Positions 25,051-36,763 of a DNA stretch of 64,000 nucleotides are shown piece by piece; position 1 is the stretch's first letter, and each line of letters opens with the position of its first letter. This stretch comes from Candidatus Bathyarchaeota archaeon. GTDB taxonomy: Archaea > Thermoproteota > Bathyarchaeia > Bathyarchaeales > Bathycorpusculaceae. The notes under the pieces are model-generated. The model saw only the letters and a list, made by a program, of their open reading frames with translations, was not told the DNA's origin and ran no database searches. A program made the position numbers and the translations under genes. The DNA is taken from positions 30,423-94,422 of the forward strand of contig CAWEJP010000015.1 in assembly GCA_963809455.1 (NCBI GenBank), given 5' to 3'.

Positions 25051-26683
25051 CTACTCTCCTTTAATGCTGTCAGATTTAATTAACCAATTCCTCGATTTAC
25101 ACACCGTTTTTCCCGCAAACTTGAACTGCAAACAATCTGCACTTGGGCACATCTCCACGCAACGTAAGCAGTAGATACATTGCGAAGTTGCCACATCTCC
25201 GCTTTGTCCTTCATAAACATTGGTGATTTGAGTTGGGCAAACCCTTTTGCAGATGCCGCATTTGGTACATTTTTCTTCAAACTTATTTAGTCGCACACCT
25301 GACACCCATTTGAACGGTGGAAAACGGTTAAAAAGCGCAATCAAACCGCCTAGTGGACAGATTCGGCACCAAGAACGGCGGAAAAAGAAGGCTGCAACAG
25401 TGACTATTGCGAGTATTATTAGATTTGTTGATGTTATGAATTGCCCAAGCTGCCAGAACTGTCCAGTCGTGTTCTGAGTAATCCACTGTGGCTTCATTAA
25501 CCCAATGCTTGCGTCCACTAAAATGCAAAGGGGCTTCATTGGGCAGACTTGGCAGAACGGCGCTGAATAGAAAGTGTAGACTGATCCGCCTCTTTGGGTG
25601 CCACTTACTAGTTGGGTTCCAGTGATAGCTTGGGAACCAAAAACAACACTTACAATGATTAGGAGCGCCAAGATAACGTAGGCTTAACTGATGGAAACGA
25701 GTGTTAAACCTATCTGAGAAGCTTCGATGTTTAATTTTCAATGCTTTTCGCAGACGCGAGGTTAAATCCACGTATAAGCCAAAGGGGCATACCCACCCGC
25801 AGAAGAATCTTCCCAGAAGTACAGCGGCTAATATGATTACTCCGAAAACTATTGCTAATCTTGCCAAGCCCGTTGAATCATAGCTTACACCCCAGCCCGG
25901 ACCAACGTTGAAGAACGGGTAAATGTACGCTTGAATCTGCCAAAGCGCACAGGTCATGGTTCTTCCGCAAGGGTAGAAACAGCCGAAGAAGGGTGCAGGA
26001 AGCCCATCGGGCATGGATACACCGAGTACGTTGGTTGAAAGGTTGATTTCGTGTGGTGCAATCTCTGCATTAGGCGACAAATATCCCCAATGGTCTATGA
26101 ATGTGCCGAAGAAAATCAGAAGCAGCAAAACTACTTGGACAAGCAATCGAAGAGAACTGATTTTTCTTGTTTTGTTGCGTATTCCAAATAAACCGACAAC
26201 TATTCCAAAAGCCAATATTCCCAAGCCTGCTTCGATGACTTCATAATTAGGTTTGTAAACTGAGGGAACACTTGAAGTTGGGGAAGGCTCGTTGGGGTTA
26301 GCAGGGTCTGTAACAGTTGCGAAAGTTCGGTCAGAAATATGCCCGTCAATTGCAAAAATATTCCAGTAGCCAGCAGTGTCAAGTTTTTGTGTTACTGAAA
26401 AATTCCCTGTTATTGGGTCAGTTAAAACGAACCGATCAATGTAGGTGTAGTCTGGCTTTGCAAAAGCTATTCTTACAGTTTTATTTTCCTCGGCAGGACA
26501 CACTTGTCCACTGACAGTAACAGTTTCATTGACGTTTAACTGTGTTCGGTCAATGTTTGAAGTTATGCATGGACCAAAACAAGGGCTGGCAGGTTCAATA
26601 TACTGTACACTTAGAATACATACAGCGATGAGGAGTGCAATGGAAAAGCATAGAATGCTTCGCTGTTTAATACCCAACCACAC
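25051..26683 (-). CDS. NapH/FixG-like membrane 4Fe-4S protein with N-terminal extracellular Ig-like domain; frameshift near 25680
   Basis: GRFFCGWVCPFG, WCRICPLG, CTKCGICKRVCP, CIYCLRCVEMCP. Confidence 0.8.
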
Positions 26684-26898
26684 CCAAGAATCCTCATATA
26701 AATTCTATAATTATATATCTTTGCAAAAAACCGCTAACCTCTTAAACTAAATTTTTTCCGATCAGCCAATTCGACTTAAGCCGACTTCCAGTAGCCCTAA
26801 ATTATTTTGACAATGAAGCAGTGATTTGATCGAGTAAACAAACCCTAAAAGACGGTTTACTGCTAAAAAATTTGAATTCTTTTAGAGTCCAGTTTTAG

Positions 26899-28188
26899 CT
26901 AATCTAGATGGTAAGCTTCTTCACCGTGTTGACTCATATCCAAGCCTTCATCTTCCTCTTTAGGACTTACACGCAACGGTGAAAACACATCTACCAATCG
27001 CAACAGCAGATAAGAGCCGACAAACGCGAATGCTGCTACAACCAAAACTGCGAATGCTTGGATGCCCAACTGTGCAGGGTTGCCGTAGAACAATCCTTTT
27101 ACAGCGGGGTTAACAAGGACCGTTGCAAACAAACCTACTGATATTGCGCCGATTATGCCGCCGATTCCGTGGCAAGCGAAAACGTCTAGTGTATCGTCGA
27201 TTTTTGATCTGCCTGCACGCCAGTTAGCAACCAAGTTTGAGATTATACCTGCAGCTAATCCAATGATGACTGCTGCCGTGAAATTAACGTAGCCTGCAGC
27301 CGCTGTGACCGCTGCCATACCACAGACTGCGCCTACGGAGATGCCGATTGCTGAGGGCTTCCCTTTAATTACCCAATCTAGAATCATCCAGCTTACAGCC
27401 GCTGCGGCTGCCGCCAAGTTCGTTGCAACAACCGCTGAAACAGCTATACCGTCGGCTGCTAGTGCGCTGCCACCGTTGAAGCCAAACCAGCCAAACCACA
27501 ACAGACCAGCGCCTAAAATCACGTAGGGAATGTTTGTAGGTTTAAATTCGGTGGCAATTGCTGCTGCACTGCCGTCTTTGCGGTCTAAAGCTTTCATTTG
27601 GTCTTTCCAATAAACACACCCCTTGCGTCTACCAACAATGAGTGCAGCCGCCAAAGCTGATAATCCAGCGGCAACATGAACAACTATGCCACCCGCAAAG
27701 TCCCATGCACCTAAAACATGCAGCCAACCATTAACGTTCCAAAGCCAATGGGCGATTGGCGAGTAAATGAGCGTTGACCAAAGAACGACAAAGATGAGCA
27801 GGGATTTGAATCGGATCCGTTCAGCGCAGGCACCTATTATTAAAGCAGGTGTTATGGCGGCGAATTTGAGTTGGAAGGCGAAGAACAGGATTTCTGGGAT
27901 GCCTGCTGCGTAGGTGGCGTTAACTTGGTTTACGGTTACGCCGTTTAAGCCTGCTAGCGAGAGGTTTCCGATTACGCCGCCGATGCTAGGTCCAAAAACA
28001 AGGCTGTATCCCCAAAAGAACCATACAAGGCTGACCACGGCGAAGATGGCGATGCATTGGACTAGTGTTGAGACAAGGTTTTTTCTGCGGACTAAGCCTC
28101 CGTAGAAGAAGGCTAAGGCTGGAGTCATCAGCATAACTAGTGCTGTTGACGTTAGAACCCATGCAACGTCCGCTGGATTGTAAGACAT
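26899..28188 (-). CDS. amt: Ammonium transporter
   Basis: LMTPALAFFYGGL, DFAGGIVVH, LWFGWFGFN, DDTLDVFACHG. Confidence 0.95.
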   Translation of the reverse strand: MSYNPADVAWVLTSTALVMLMTPALAFFYGGLVRRKNLVSTLVQCIAIFAVVSLVWFFWGYSLVFGPSIGGVIGNLSLAGLNGVTVNQVNATYAAGIPEILFFAFQLKFAAITPALIIGACAERIRFKSLLIFVVLWSTLIYSPIAHWLWNVNGWLHVLGAWDFAGGIVVHVAAGLSALAAALIVGRRKGCVYWKDQMKALDRKDGSAAAIATEFKPTNIPYVILGAGLLWFGWFGFNGGSALAADGIAVSAVVATNLAAAAAAVSWMILDWVIKGKPSAIGISVGAVCGMAAVTAAAGYVNFTAAVIIGLAAGIISNLVANWRAGRSKIDDTLDVFACHGIGGIIGAISVGLFATVLVNPAVKGLFYGNPAQLGIQAFAVLVVAAFAFVGSYLLLRLVDVFSPLRVSPKEEDEGLDMSQHGEEAYHLD

Positions 28189-28470
28189 CTCTTCCCCTAT
28201 CTATCTGCTTAGATACTCCCCTTTTTTGTTAGAACAAATATTTAAACTATGCATTCGCACCGAATAAGAGACTAAATATTGATAAATGTCTAATCAATAG
28301 CTACATTACGGCATATCTGAACAATAATTTCTCACGGATAACCAGATAATCGCAAAATTGTCCAAAAAACAAGTAATAAAGGATTAACTTGTCCAAAAGC
28401 AAAGCGCAACTAAAACAATAAAACAAAAGGTTAAATTAACAAAAAAGAAAAAATGGAGCGGAGAAACGCT

Positions 28471-29753
28471 CTAATCTAGTTGATATGCTTCTTCACCGTG
28501 CTCGCTGAGATCTAAGCCTGCATCTTCTGCTTCAGGACTTACCCTCAGGGGCGAGAATAGATTGACCGCCTTAAGCAACAGCCAGGAACCGACAAACGAG
28601 AACGGAACCACTACACCGACAGCTAAGAGCTGTGCGAGGAATTGGTGGACACCACCGTAAATCAGGCCAGTAGCGCCAATAGATGCGAATATTCCAGTGG
28701 CTATTGCTCCCCAAATACCGCCGACGCCATGGCATGCAAAGACATCCAATGTATCATCGATTCGTGATCTGCCTGCTCTCCAACTAGCTACGAGGTTTGA
28801 GATTATACCGCCTAAGAAGCCCATTATTATCGCAGCCATAGGAGTAACGAAGCCTGCAGCTGGTGTAATAACAACTAAACCGACGACTGCGCCGACTGCC
28901 ATGCCGACTGCTGAGGGTTTCCCTTTGATGAGCCAATCCATAAGCATACAGCTAACTGCGGCGGCTGCTGCGGCTAGGTTTGTGACTACGAGGGCTGAGA
29001 CTGCAAGGTCGTTTGCTGCTAATGCACTGCCTGCGTTGAATCCGAACCAGCCAAACCATAGTAGTGCTGCACCCAATAGGACATAGGGAATGTTTGTGGG
29101 TTTGAACTGTGGTGCAACTAGCTTTTTGATCCATTGCTTGCATGTGGTCCTTCCAGGAAACGCTGCAGCCTTTTCTTCTGCCAATGACTAAAGCTGCGGC
29201 AAGAGCTGAGACACCTGCGGATATGTGGACGACTAATCCGCCTGCGAAATCAATAGCGCCTACGCCTTTGAGCCAGCCGTCAGGGTTCCATACCCAGTGC
29301 GCAATCGGGACGTAGATTAGCGTTGACCAAAGGACAATGAAAATTAGCAGTGAACGAAAGCGAACTCTTTCAGCGCATGCACCGATGATTAGGGCGGGTG
29401 TGATTGCTGCGAACTTTAACTGAAACGCGAAGAAGAGTAGTGTGGGTATTGTTGCTGCTAGGGCAGGGTTGATGTCGTGTATGCCTACGCCGTTTAACCC
29501 TGCGAGTGAGAGGTTTCCGATTATGCCGTGGTAGCTGGGTCCAAAGGCCATAGCTGTAGCCCCACAATGCCCAGGTGAGACTGATTACGGCAAATATGAT
29601 GAAGCATTGAGCGATTGTGGATACTAGGTTTTTTCTACGCACTAAGCCGCCGTAAAAGAAGCCTAGTGCGGGAGTCATTAGCATAACTAGGGCAGTTGCT
29701 GTTATAATCCAAGCTATATCTCCAGGGTTTGAAGTCAAAGTTGTTACGCTCAT
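28471..29753 (-). CDS. amt: Ammonium transporter paralogue; 2 frameshifts
   Basis: Same motifs as the neighbour, spread over three ORF pieces. Confidence 0.9.
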
Positions 29754-30368
29754 TTATTGCACCATTTAACATGTGTTTAATTATTTGTTTATTGACTGTG
29801 CAAATATCCCAAACAACTATTTAAAACTATCCACATGCTTCATAAATCAGAATATTAATGAATTATTGTCTAACAATCTCCAATTAATCCATATATTCGT
29901 TTACTCCAGCATTCCAAAATAAGAGAAAAATAAAAGGACATCCAAAAAAACCGCCATTTAATAAGCAAACATCCACATAACCAAAAGAGCCCTAAATTCA
30001 CTCCAAATTCACTTCCTTAGAAGCATCTCATTAGGGTGGCCAAAAACAGGAATGCACACAGCAAAAAACGCGTGTTTATCAGACAATTGCTGAGTAAAGC
30101 AGCTCTCTTGTCTGAGCAAGCTTGTTCAATCAGAAATCTGCTGGCATTACAAACATGCAGTTTTTCATAACAATTATGAACAAGTATTAACTATATTTAT
30201 ATTTGACTGAACATTTAGTTATGCAAAATAAATCTTGGTGAACATATTGAAAAAAGTAGTTGTATCATCATTGAACGATTCTGCTAAATACATTACCGAA
30301 TTCATCGACAAAAGCAAAAAAGGACACCACAGTACCTATCAAAAAAGAATCGTGGAGGAAGAAGCAAA

Positions 30369-31907
30369 GTGAGTAGTGAACAAACCCAATCCACACCCCA
30401 AATGAAGAAAACTCTAAGCCTAACAGGGTTAACCATCAACGCCATGGCTCTAATAGCCCCTGGAGCCTTTCTATGGCTAAACTATCAGGCCCAAGCAGCA
30501 CAAGTAGACCCATCCGGAGCCTCAACAGCCCCCGACATATGGTTCGGCCTCTTAATTGCATTAATATTGTCATTCTTGACTGCAGCATCATACTCATGGC
30601 TAGCTCGACGTTACCCAGACGCTGGCACAGGCAGTTCATACTACTTTGCTCAACGCGCCCTACTCGACAGAGGCGCCAGCAACCGCAAAGCGCGCAGCGC
30701 AAAGTTCCTAGTAGGCTGGCTTTCACACCTCTACTACTGGGTTTACCCGGGAGTAATGGTGGCATTCATGGGCTTTTTCATGACATACATTCTGCAAACC
30801 GTTGGAATTGCTATATCTCCGCTTCAGCAAATTGCCATAGTAGTTCTCTTCTCACTAATAGTAGGCTTAATAGCATACAGAGGAATTCAAGGCTCCACTA
30901 ACACGAACCTGATCATCAACATAGTGCAGCTTGTCATGCTAGTCGGCGTATCCATATTGGTGTTATCTTATCGATTCATAAACCCTCAACACGTAACGTT
31001 CTACTTCACAAACCCCGCCGCAGCACTCGCACCCACAAACATGAGTCACGTACTCTTCCAAGCAAGCCTTGCCATACTAGTCCTCGTAGGATTCGAATCC
31101 ATTACCGCATTAACCTCTGAAGCAAAAAACCCCAAGGATGTCCCGAAAGCAATAATACTTTCACTCGTCATCCAAGGAGCCTTCGCCTATCTACTCGGCT
31201 TCTTCGCAATACAAACCTTCATAAACGATAAATACACCTTCGGCATGGCCGCAATCTCAGCTGGACCATTAGGAGATATCGTGCGAATCTCAACCGACGC
31301 ATTGTTCGGTGGCGGAGGCTTTGCTATAATGCTGATAGTTGCAGCAGCAGTAGTAGCCGCAGTATTAGGAACAACCCTTGCATGCCTCAACACCGGTGTA
31401 AGAGTAACCTACGCAATTAGCCGTGATACAGAAGTTCCCCAACCATTGGGTAAATTAAACCCAAGATACGGAACACCCGCAGTTGGAACATGGGTACTCA
31501 CAGCAGTCTCAGCAATAATAGGCGCATTCGGAGTACTATCGCTCAGAAACCTTACCACAGTCATACTGCTATCAAACTTTGGAACTTTCCTGCTGTACGG
31601 AATCACATGTATCGTAGCAGTTCTAGCACTTTCCAGAGAACGCCGCTCAATCCTCACTAAATACATTGTTCCAATTGCTGGTTTCTTCGCAAACATGGTC
31701 ATGATGATCGCAGTCGTATGGCTAGGAGTTATCGGCGGAGGCGACACACAATTAGCAGCTTTCAGCGCCATTGTAATCACTGCTATATGGATGGTCATAG
31801 GCTTCGTATACTACTATTACAACTCAAAGAGCAAATCCTCAGGAATCTTTCCGTTCCCAGGTAAAGAAATGGCAAACGAAGAAAAACACAGCATCAACGC
31901 GATCTAA
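30369..31907 (+). CDS. APC-family amino acid/polyamine permease
   Basis: About 12 TM; GSSYYF, VGFES..SEAKNP, P.VG motifs. Confidence 0.88.
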   Translation: MSSEQTQSTPQMKKTLSLTGLTINAMALIAPGAFLWLNYQAQAAQVDPSGASTAPDIWFGLLIALILSFLTAASYSWLARRYPDAGTGSSYYFAQRALLDRGASNRKARSAKFLVGWLSHLYYWVYPGVMVAFMGFFMTYILQTVGIAISPLQQIAIVVLFSLIVGLIAYRGIQGSTNTNLIINIVQLVMLVGVSILVLSYRFINPQHVTFYFTNPAAALAPTNMSHVLFQASLAILVLVGFESITALTSEAKNPKDVPKAIILSLVIQGAFAYLLGFFAIQTFINDKYTFGMAAISAGPLGDIVRISTDALFGGGGFAIMLIVAAAVVAAVLGTTLACLNTGVRVTYAISRDTEVPQPLGKLNPRYGTPAVGTWVLTAVSAIIGAFGVLSLRNLTTVILLSNFGTFLLYGITCIVAVLALSRERRSILTKYIVPIAGFFANMVMMIAVVWLGVIGGGDTQLAAFSAIVITAIWMVIGFVYYYYNSKSKSSGIFPFPGKEMANEEKHSINAI

Positions 31908-32209
31908 AAGAATTTGTCGAGCCTAATTGGCTCATTATTCCTTTTATTTTTTTTAAGTTAAGCGACGACACGAAATTAGTTTTTAGGTATTGTTTTTAAG
32001 AGCCAAAACAACTAGTGATTTGACACTAAAGTATTCTTGGCAGTTTGGAAATTTATCGATTCAGGTGGAAAATAGGAGCCAAACAAATATTTTTTAATAA
32101 AAATAATTTAACTCTGGTAATTTTTTTTTAAGAAATAACGAAAAAAAGAAACTTCGGAAAGTTTCTACTCAGTGGGCAGGCGGCGGTTTTCGATCTGGTA
32201 TTTTTCGAA

Positions 32210-32317
32210 TTAAAATTTCTTTCTTAGTTCACTACGAAGTTGCATTGCCATTACTATTGCCGAGCCTAATATTACCGCCATTGAAAGTACATCCATTATT
32301 GCAATCATTTTCTTCAT
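32210..32317 (-). CDS. Small single-TM protein (35 aa) not in ORF track
   Basis: GGTGA directly before ATG; MKKMIAIMDVLSMAVILGSAIVMAMQLRSELRKKF. Confidence 0.5.
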   Translation of the reverse strand: MKKMIAIMDVLSMAVILGSAIVMAMQLRSELRKKF

Positions 32318-32677
32318 TCACCTATGTTTTTTATTTTCAATTATCTAATTAGTTCTTGAGTCGATATAAACGTAGTTATGATATGTTCATAATTATTATG
32401 AAAAACAGGAATGATTTTCAATATTTGGGTAGAAAGCTGAACTCGTGTTCATGTTTTATTTCTTTTACTGGATAAATAATAAAATACCTCTGGAGAATTC
32501 ATCAAATTTGGGCGTTTACAGTAACTATGTTAATCAGATTTTCAATTTTTACATTGATTCATAGATATTAGAGCATAATTTTCGCCAAAATATGCACAAT
32601 TCACAAATACGCTTAAATAATTGAAAATCTACGGCTGAGATAATTCGTGAAAAGGGGCATTATTAGGTGACGGAATT

Positions 32678-34360
32678 ATGTGTGGAATAGTTGGAATTTT
32701 CAACATAATTGAACCGGTAGCTCAAGCAAGAGGCAAAGCGCTAAAAATGGCTACCAAAATAAGGCACAGAGGTCCAGACTGGAGCGGAATTTACAGCGAC
32801 GATCAAGCAATCTTAGCCCATGAACGACTCTCCATCGTGGACGTGGAACATGGCGCTCAACCGCTCATAGACAAACTCAACGGAAACGTTCTGGCCGTAA
32901 ACGGCGAAATCTATAACCACATGCTTCTCCGAGACAAACTAAAAAAAGAGCATTTATGGCAAACAAAATCTGACTGCGAAATTATCCTCTATCTCTACGA
33001 CGAATACGGTCCAGATTTCATTAATATGCTAAACGGCATGTTCGCATTCATCTTATATGACAAGAAAAATGGCCGATATTTCATCGGACGCGACCACATT
33101 GGAATCATTCCCCTCTACGTTGGTTGGGACGACAAAGGAACATTTTATGTTGCCAGCGAGATGAAAGCCCTCAGCGACTACTGCAACGACATAAAAGAAT
33201 TTCCACCTGGACATTACTTTTTTGGGACTGGAAAGGGCAAGGATTTTGTTCGTTGGTATAAGCCTGAGTGGGCTGAGAATATGCCGAAAAAAGCGTTGTC
33301 TCTGCCTTCTCTTAGACAAGCGCTAGAAAAATCAGTCAAGGGGGAAATGATGTCGGATGTTCCCTATGGTGTGCTTATCTCGGGCGGTTTGGATTCTTCG
33401 TTGATAGCTGCGATAGCGTCAAAGTACCGCAAAAAACGCGTAGAATCTGGTGGTCAAGAAGAGGCATGGTGGCCAAGGTTGCATTCATTTGCTGTGGGGA
33501 TGGAGGATTCGCCTGATCTAAAATATGCACGAAAAGTTGCAGATTACATTGGAACCGTGCACCACGAAATAATATTCACTATCCAGGAAGCCTTTGACGC
33601 AATCAGAGACGTCATTTACCATTTAGAAACATTTGACGTCACAACCATACGCGCTGCCACACCCATGTATTTGATGGCTAGAAAAATAAAATCCATGGGC
33701 ATCAAAATGGTCTTATCTGGTGAAGGTGCAGACGAAGTTTTCGGCGGCTACCTCTATTTCCACAAAGCACCCAACGACAAGGAATTCTATGAAGAAACTG
33801 TTCGAAAACTTTTCTTGCTAAGCAAATACGACTGCCTACGCGCAAACAAAGCAACTGCCGCTTGGGGTGTAGAAACGCGGGTTCCGTATTTGGATAAAGA
33901 ATTTTTGGATTTCGCCATGGGTTTTGACCCAAGCGAAAAGATGTGTTCGGGCGACAAAGTCGAGAAGTACGTTTTGCGAAAAGCATTTGAAGGGTACATT
34001 CCTGAAGAGATTCTTTGGCGCCAAAAAGAGCAGTTCTCTGACGGTGTAGGGTACGGATGGATAAATTACCTCAAAAAACACGCTGATAACGCGGTAACCG
34101 ACGAAATGTTGCAAAATGCGAAAACCCGTTTTCCAACTCAAACCCCTACGTCAAAAGAAGAATACTACTACAGGGAAATCTTCGACAATTACTTCACAAG
34201 TCCCTCTGCAGCCTTAACCGTTCCGGTTGGTCCCACAATTGCCTGCTCAACGCCAACTGCCTTCAGATGGAGCAAAGAATTTGCCAAAACAGCTGACCCT
34301 TCAGGTCGATCAGTTAAAGATGTTCATGAACATTCTACTGAAAAAAGCAGCAAAAAGTAG
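32678..34360 (+). CDS. asnB: Asparagine synthetase B (glutamine-hydrolysing)
   Basis: MCGI, HRGPDWSG, NGEIYNH, SGGLDSS, SGEGADE, RQKEQFSDGVG. Confidence 0.96.
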   Translation: MCGIVGIFNIIEPVAQARGKALKMATKIRHRGPDWSGIYSDDQAILAHERLSIVDVEHGAQPLIDKLNGNVLAVNGEIYNHMLLRDKLKKEHLWQTKSDCEIILYLYDEYGPDFINMLNGMFAFILYDKKNGRYFIGRDHIGIIPLYVGWDDKGTFYVASEMKALSDYCNDIKEFPPGHYFFGTGKGKDFVRWYKPEWAENMPKKALSLPSLRQALEKSVKGEMMSDVPYGVLISGGLDSSLIAAIASKYRKKRVESGGQEEAWWPRLHSFAVGMEDSPDLKYARKVADYIGTVHHEIIFTIQEAFDAIRDVIYHLETFDVTTIRAATPMYLMARKIKSMGIKMVLSGEGADEVFGGYLYFHKAPNDKEFYEETVRKLFLLSKYDCLRANKATAAWGVETRVPYLDKEFLDFAMGFDPSEKMCSGDKVEKYVLRKAFEGYIPEEILWRQKEQFSDGVGYGWINYLKKHADNAVTDEMLQNAKTRFPTQTPTSKEEYYYREIFDNYFTSPSAALTVPVGPTIACSTPTAFRWSKEFAKTADPSGRSVKDVHEHSTEKSSKK

Positions 34361-34751
34361 CCGTTTTTCTTTTAAATGTTTTCTAAAAAATTTTTTATGT
34401 TGATTTTTCTTTGGGTTTTCTTGTTCTGATCGCGGTTTTTTTGCTTTTGAGTGGCGCAAAACTCGATTTTGAATCGATGCTTCATTTTATTCTTGAATGG
34501 GCGGGAGCTGGATTTTACGGAATTGTTTTCGACAGATTTTCTTGGATTCAAACAAGAAGTGAGTCATGTTTCCAATTTTTATACATTATCATGTAAATTA
34601 GTTCAGCTTTTCAGCAAAATTGTGTACAAATCACAAATAGGTTTATATGCGGAAGTTGATATGAGACTAAAAGTTAAGGGAGAAACTAAATTGCAAATCG
34701 GTGAAGAGTTCTGGGAAACCGGACCCCTTTAGAGAAAGGAATGTAAAACTG

Positions 34752-35042
34752 ATGAATCGACTATTAGCCTCGGTAAATATATTCGTGGAACAATCCCAAA
34801 AAGCTAAAGTATTGAAAGCCCTCTCGGAACTCAAAGGAATTGAAGAAGTTTACGATGTTGCTGGAGAATATGACATAGTATCTTTAGTTTCTGCTTCTTG
34901 CATTGAAGAGTTCAGGACGATCATGCATGAAAAAATCATGAAAATTAAAGGAATAAAAAGTACGATAATCACTATTATTTTGGAGCCCCACAAAGGACCC
35001 AAATGCTTATTTAAAAAAGCACATATTTCCACCCTAAAATAG
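34752..35042 (+). CDS. Lrp/AsnC ligand-binding-domain-only protein
   Basis: EEVYDVAGEYDIV..IMKIKGIKST; no HTH. Confidence 0.85.
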   Translation: MNRLLASVNIFVEQSQKAKVLKALSELKGIEEVYDVAGEYDIVSLVSASCIEEFRTIMHEKIMKIKGIKSTIITIILEPHKGPKCLFKKAHISTLK

Positions 35043-35100
35043 GAAGGAGCGAAAGGAGCCGTAGTGAGCGAGCGAGCAGTCTTTTGGAGCGCAAAAATGA

Positions 35101-36763
35101 ATGATCGATATATTCCAGGCCATATCAGTTATCCTAATACTTGGCGTAACCATTCTTTTAGCCAAGCTATTAGCACCTTACATTAGCCGGAGTCTTTAAT
35201 CGAAGACCAAGTCGTTTAGACAAAATTCTAAATCCAATTGAGAACTTTCATTTACAAAATTACAGGTGTAAATTCTGCCCAGACGATGAGTTGGAAACAA
35301 TTCTTCCTTGCAGGCTTACTACTGAACGTTGTTATGATGGTTATTGGCTTTTTAGTACTGACATTCCAAGGCAATTTGCCGCTTAACCCCATGGGGTTCC
35401 CTGGAATCAAACCCGACCTCTCTTTTATGCAGGTAGCATCATTTGTAACAAACACGAACCTGCAACACTATAACGGCGAACTTGCATTTTCCTATCTAAG
35501 CCAGATAAGTGTTCTACAATGGCTTCAATTCACTTCGGCTATAACAGGACTTTGCATGGGTATTGCGTTTATTCGGGGACTTGTTGTCTGGCTCAAAAGA
35601 TATGGGCAACTTCTATGTTGACTTCACAAGGTCAATTACTAGAATTTTCTTGCCACTATGCATCATGGCCTCAATTGTTTTTCTTGCGTTAGGTGTGCCC
35701 CAAACACTCAACGGTTATACCACAATAAAGACTATAGAGGGAGCCACACAAACAATCCTGGTTGGGCCAGTTGCTTCTCTTGATTCTATAATGCAGATAG
35801 GCACCAATGGTGGTGGATACTACGGCGCAAACGCAGCTTACCCATTCATGAATCCCTCACCTATCACGAACATTCTCATGATTTCACTCATGCTTCTGCT
35901 ACCGACAGCACTAATCTTTGTTTTCGGTGAAATGATAGGCAAAAAACGTGAATCCAGACCCTTGTTATGGGGCGCTTACATCCTTTTTGGACTTAACTTA
36001 GCTTTAGCCTTCATCCCAGCCATTCCATTGGTGGCACCAGGCATCGAAACACGGTTCGGCGGCTTCATGTCCAACTTCTTCACTGTTACAACAACTGTTG
36101 CCACAACAGGATCGGTAAACTCTGCCCTATCAGGAATGCATCCGTTGACAATAACTATCAGGCTTCTTGGGCATGTTTATTCAGTCAATTCCTGGCGGAA
36201 AAGGTGTAGGAATGATGTACATGGTTATGTACATTATCATAACGGTCTTTATCGTGGGTCTCATGTCTGGAAGAACTCCTGAGTACTTAGGCATGAAAAT
36301 AACTGGACGCGACGTCAAGCTCGTGATGATTGCTTTCCTAATTCATCCGATGATTATCCTCATACCAACTGTGCTTTCCTACGCCTCAGGTGCAGTCTCG
36401 GCAATTGGGTTGAGCGGGAGCTCTGTAGGATATACGCAGATTCTCTACGAATTCACTTCCGCTGCCGCCAATAATGGCTCAGACTTCTTGGGCGCTTCAG
36501 CAAACACGCCTTTCTTTAACATAGCAACTGCCATTGTAATTCTCATTGGACGTTATGCTCCTCTAGCAATACTTTTGGCGCTTTCGGGTTCAATGATTGG
36601 GCGAAAACGCGGCGGCACCTCATCAGGCCTAAAAACTGACACACTAATATTCACTTTAGTTCTGATTGTTGCTATAATCATACTCGTAGTTTTGACTTTC
36701 TTCCCATTCTTAGCTATCGGACCAATAGCATCGTTCTTTAAAGGATTGGTGAATGGCTATTGA
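35101..36763 (+). CDS. kdpA: K+-transporting ATPase subunit A; about 3 frameshifts
   Basis: SFVTNTNLQHY, GTNGGGY, TTGSVN, GLMSGRTPEYLG, SAAANNGS. Confidence 0.92.

Noticed and set aside
29754-30368. CRISPR array or riboswitch in the long amt/APC intergenic region
   Set aside because: Only a short AAATTCACT duplication; no regularly spaced repeats or recognisable aptamer
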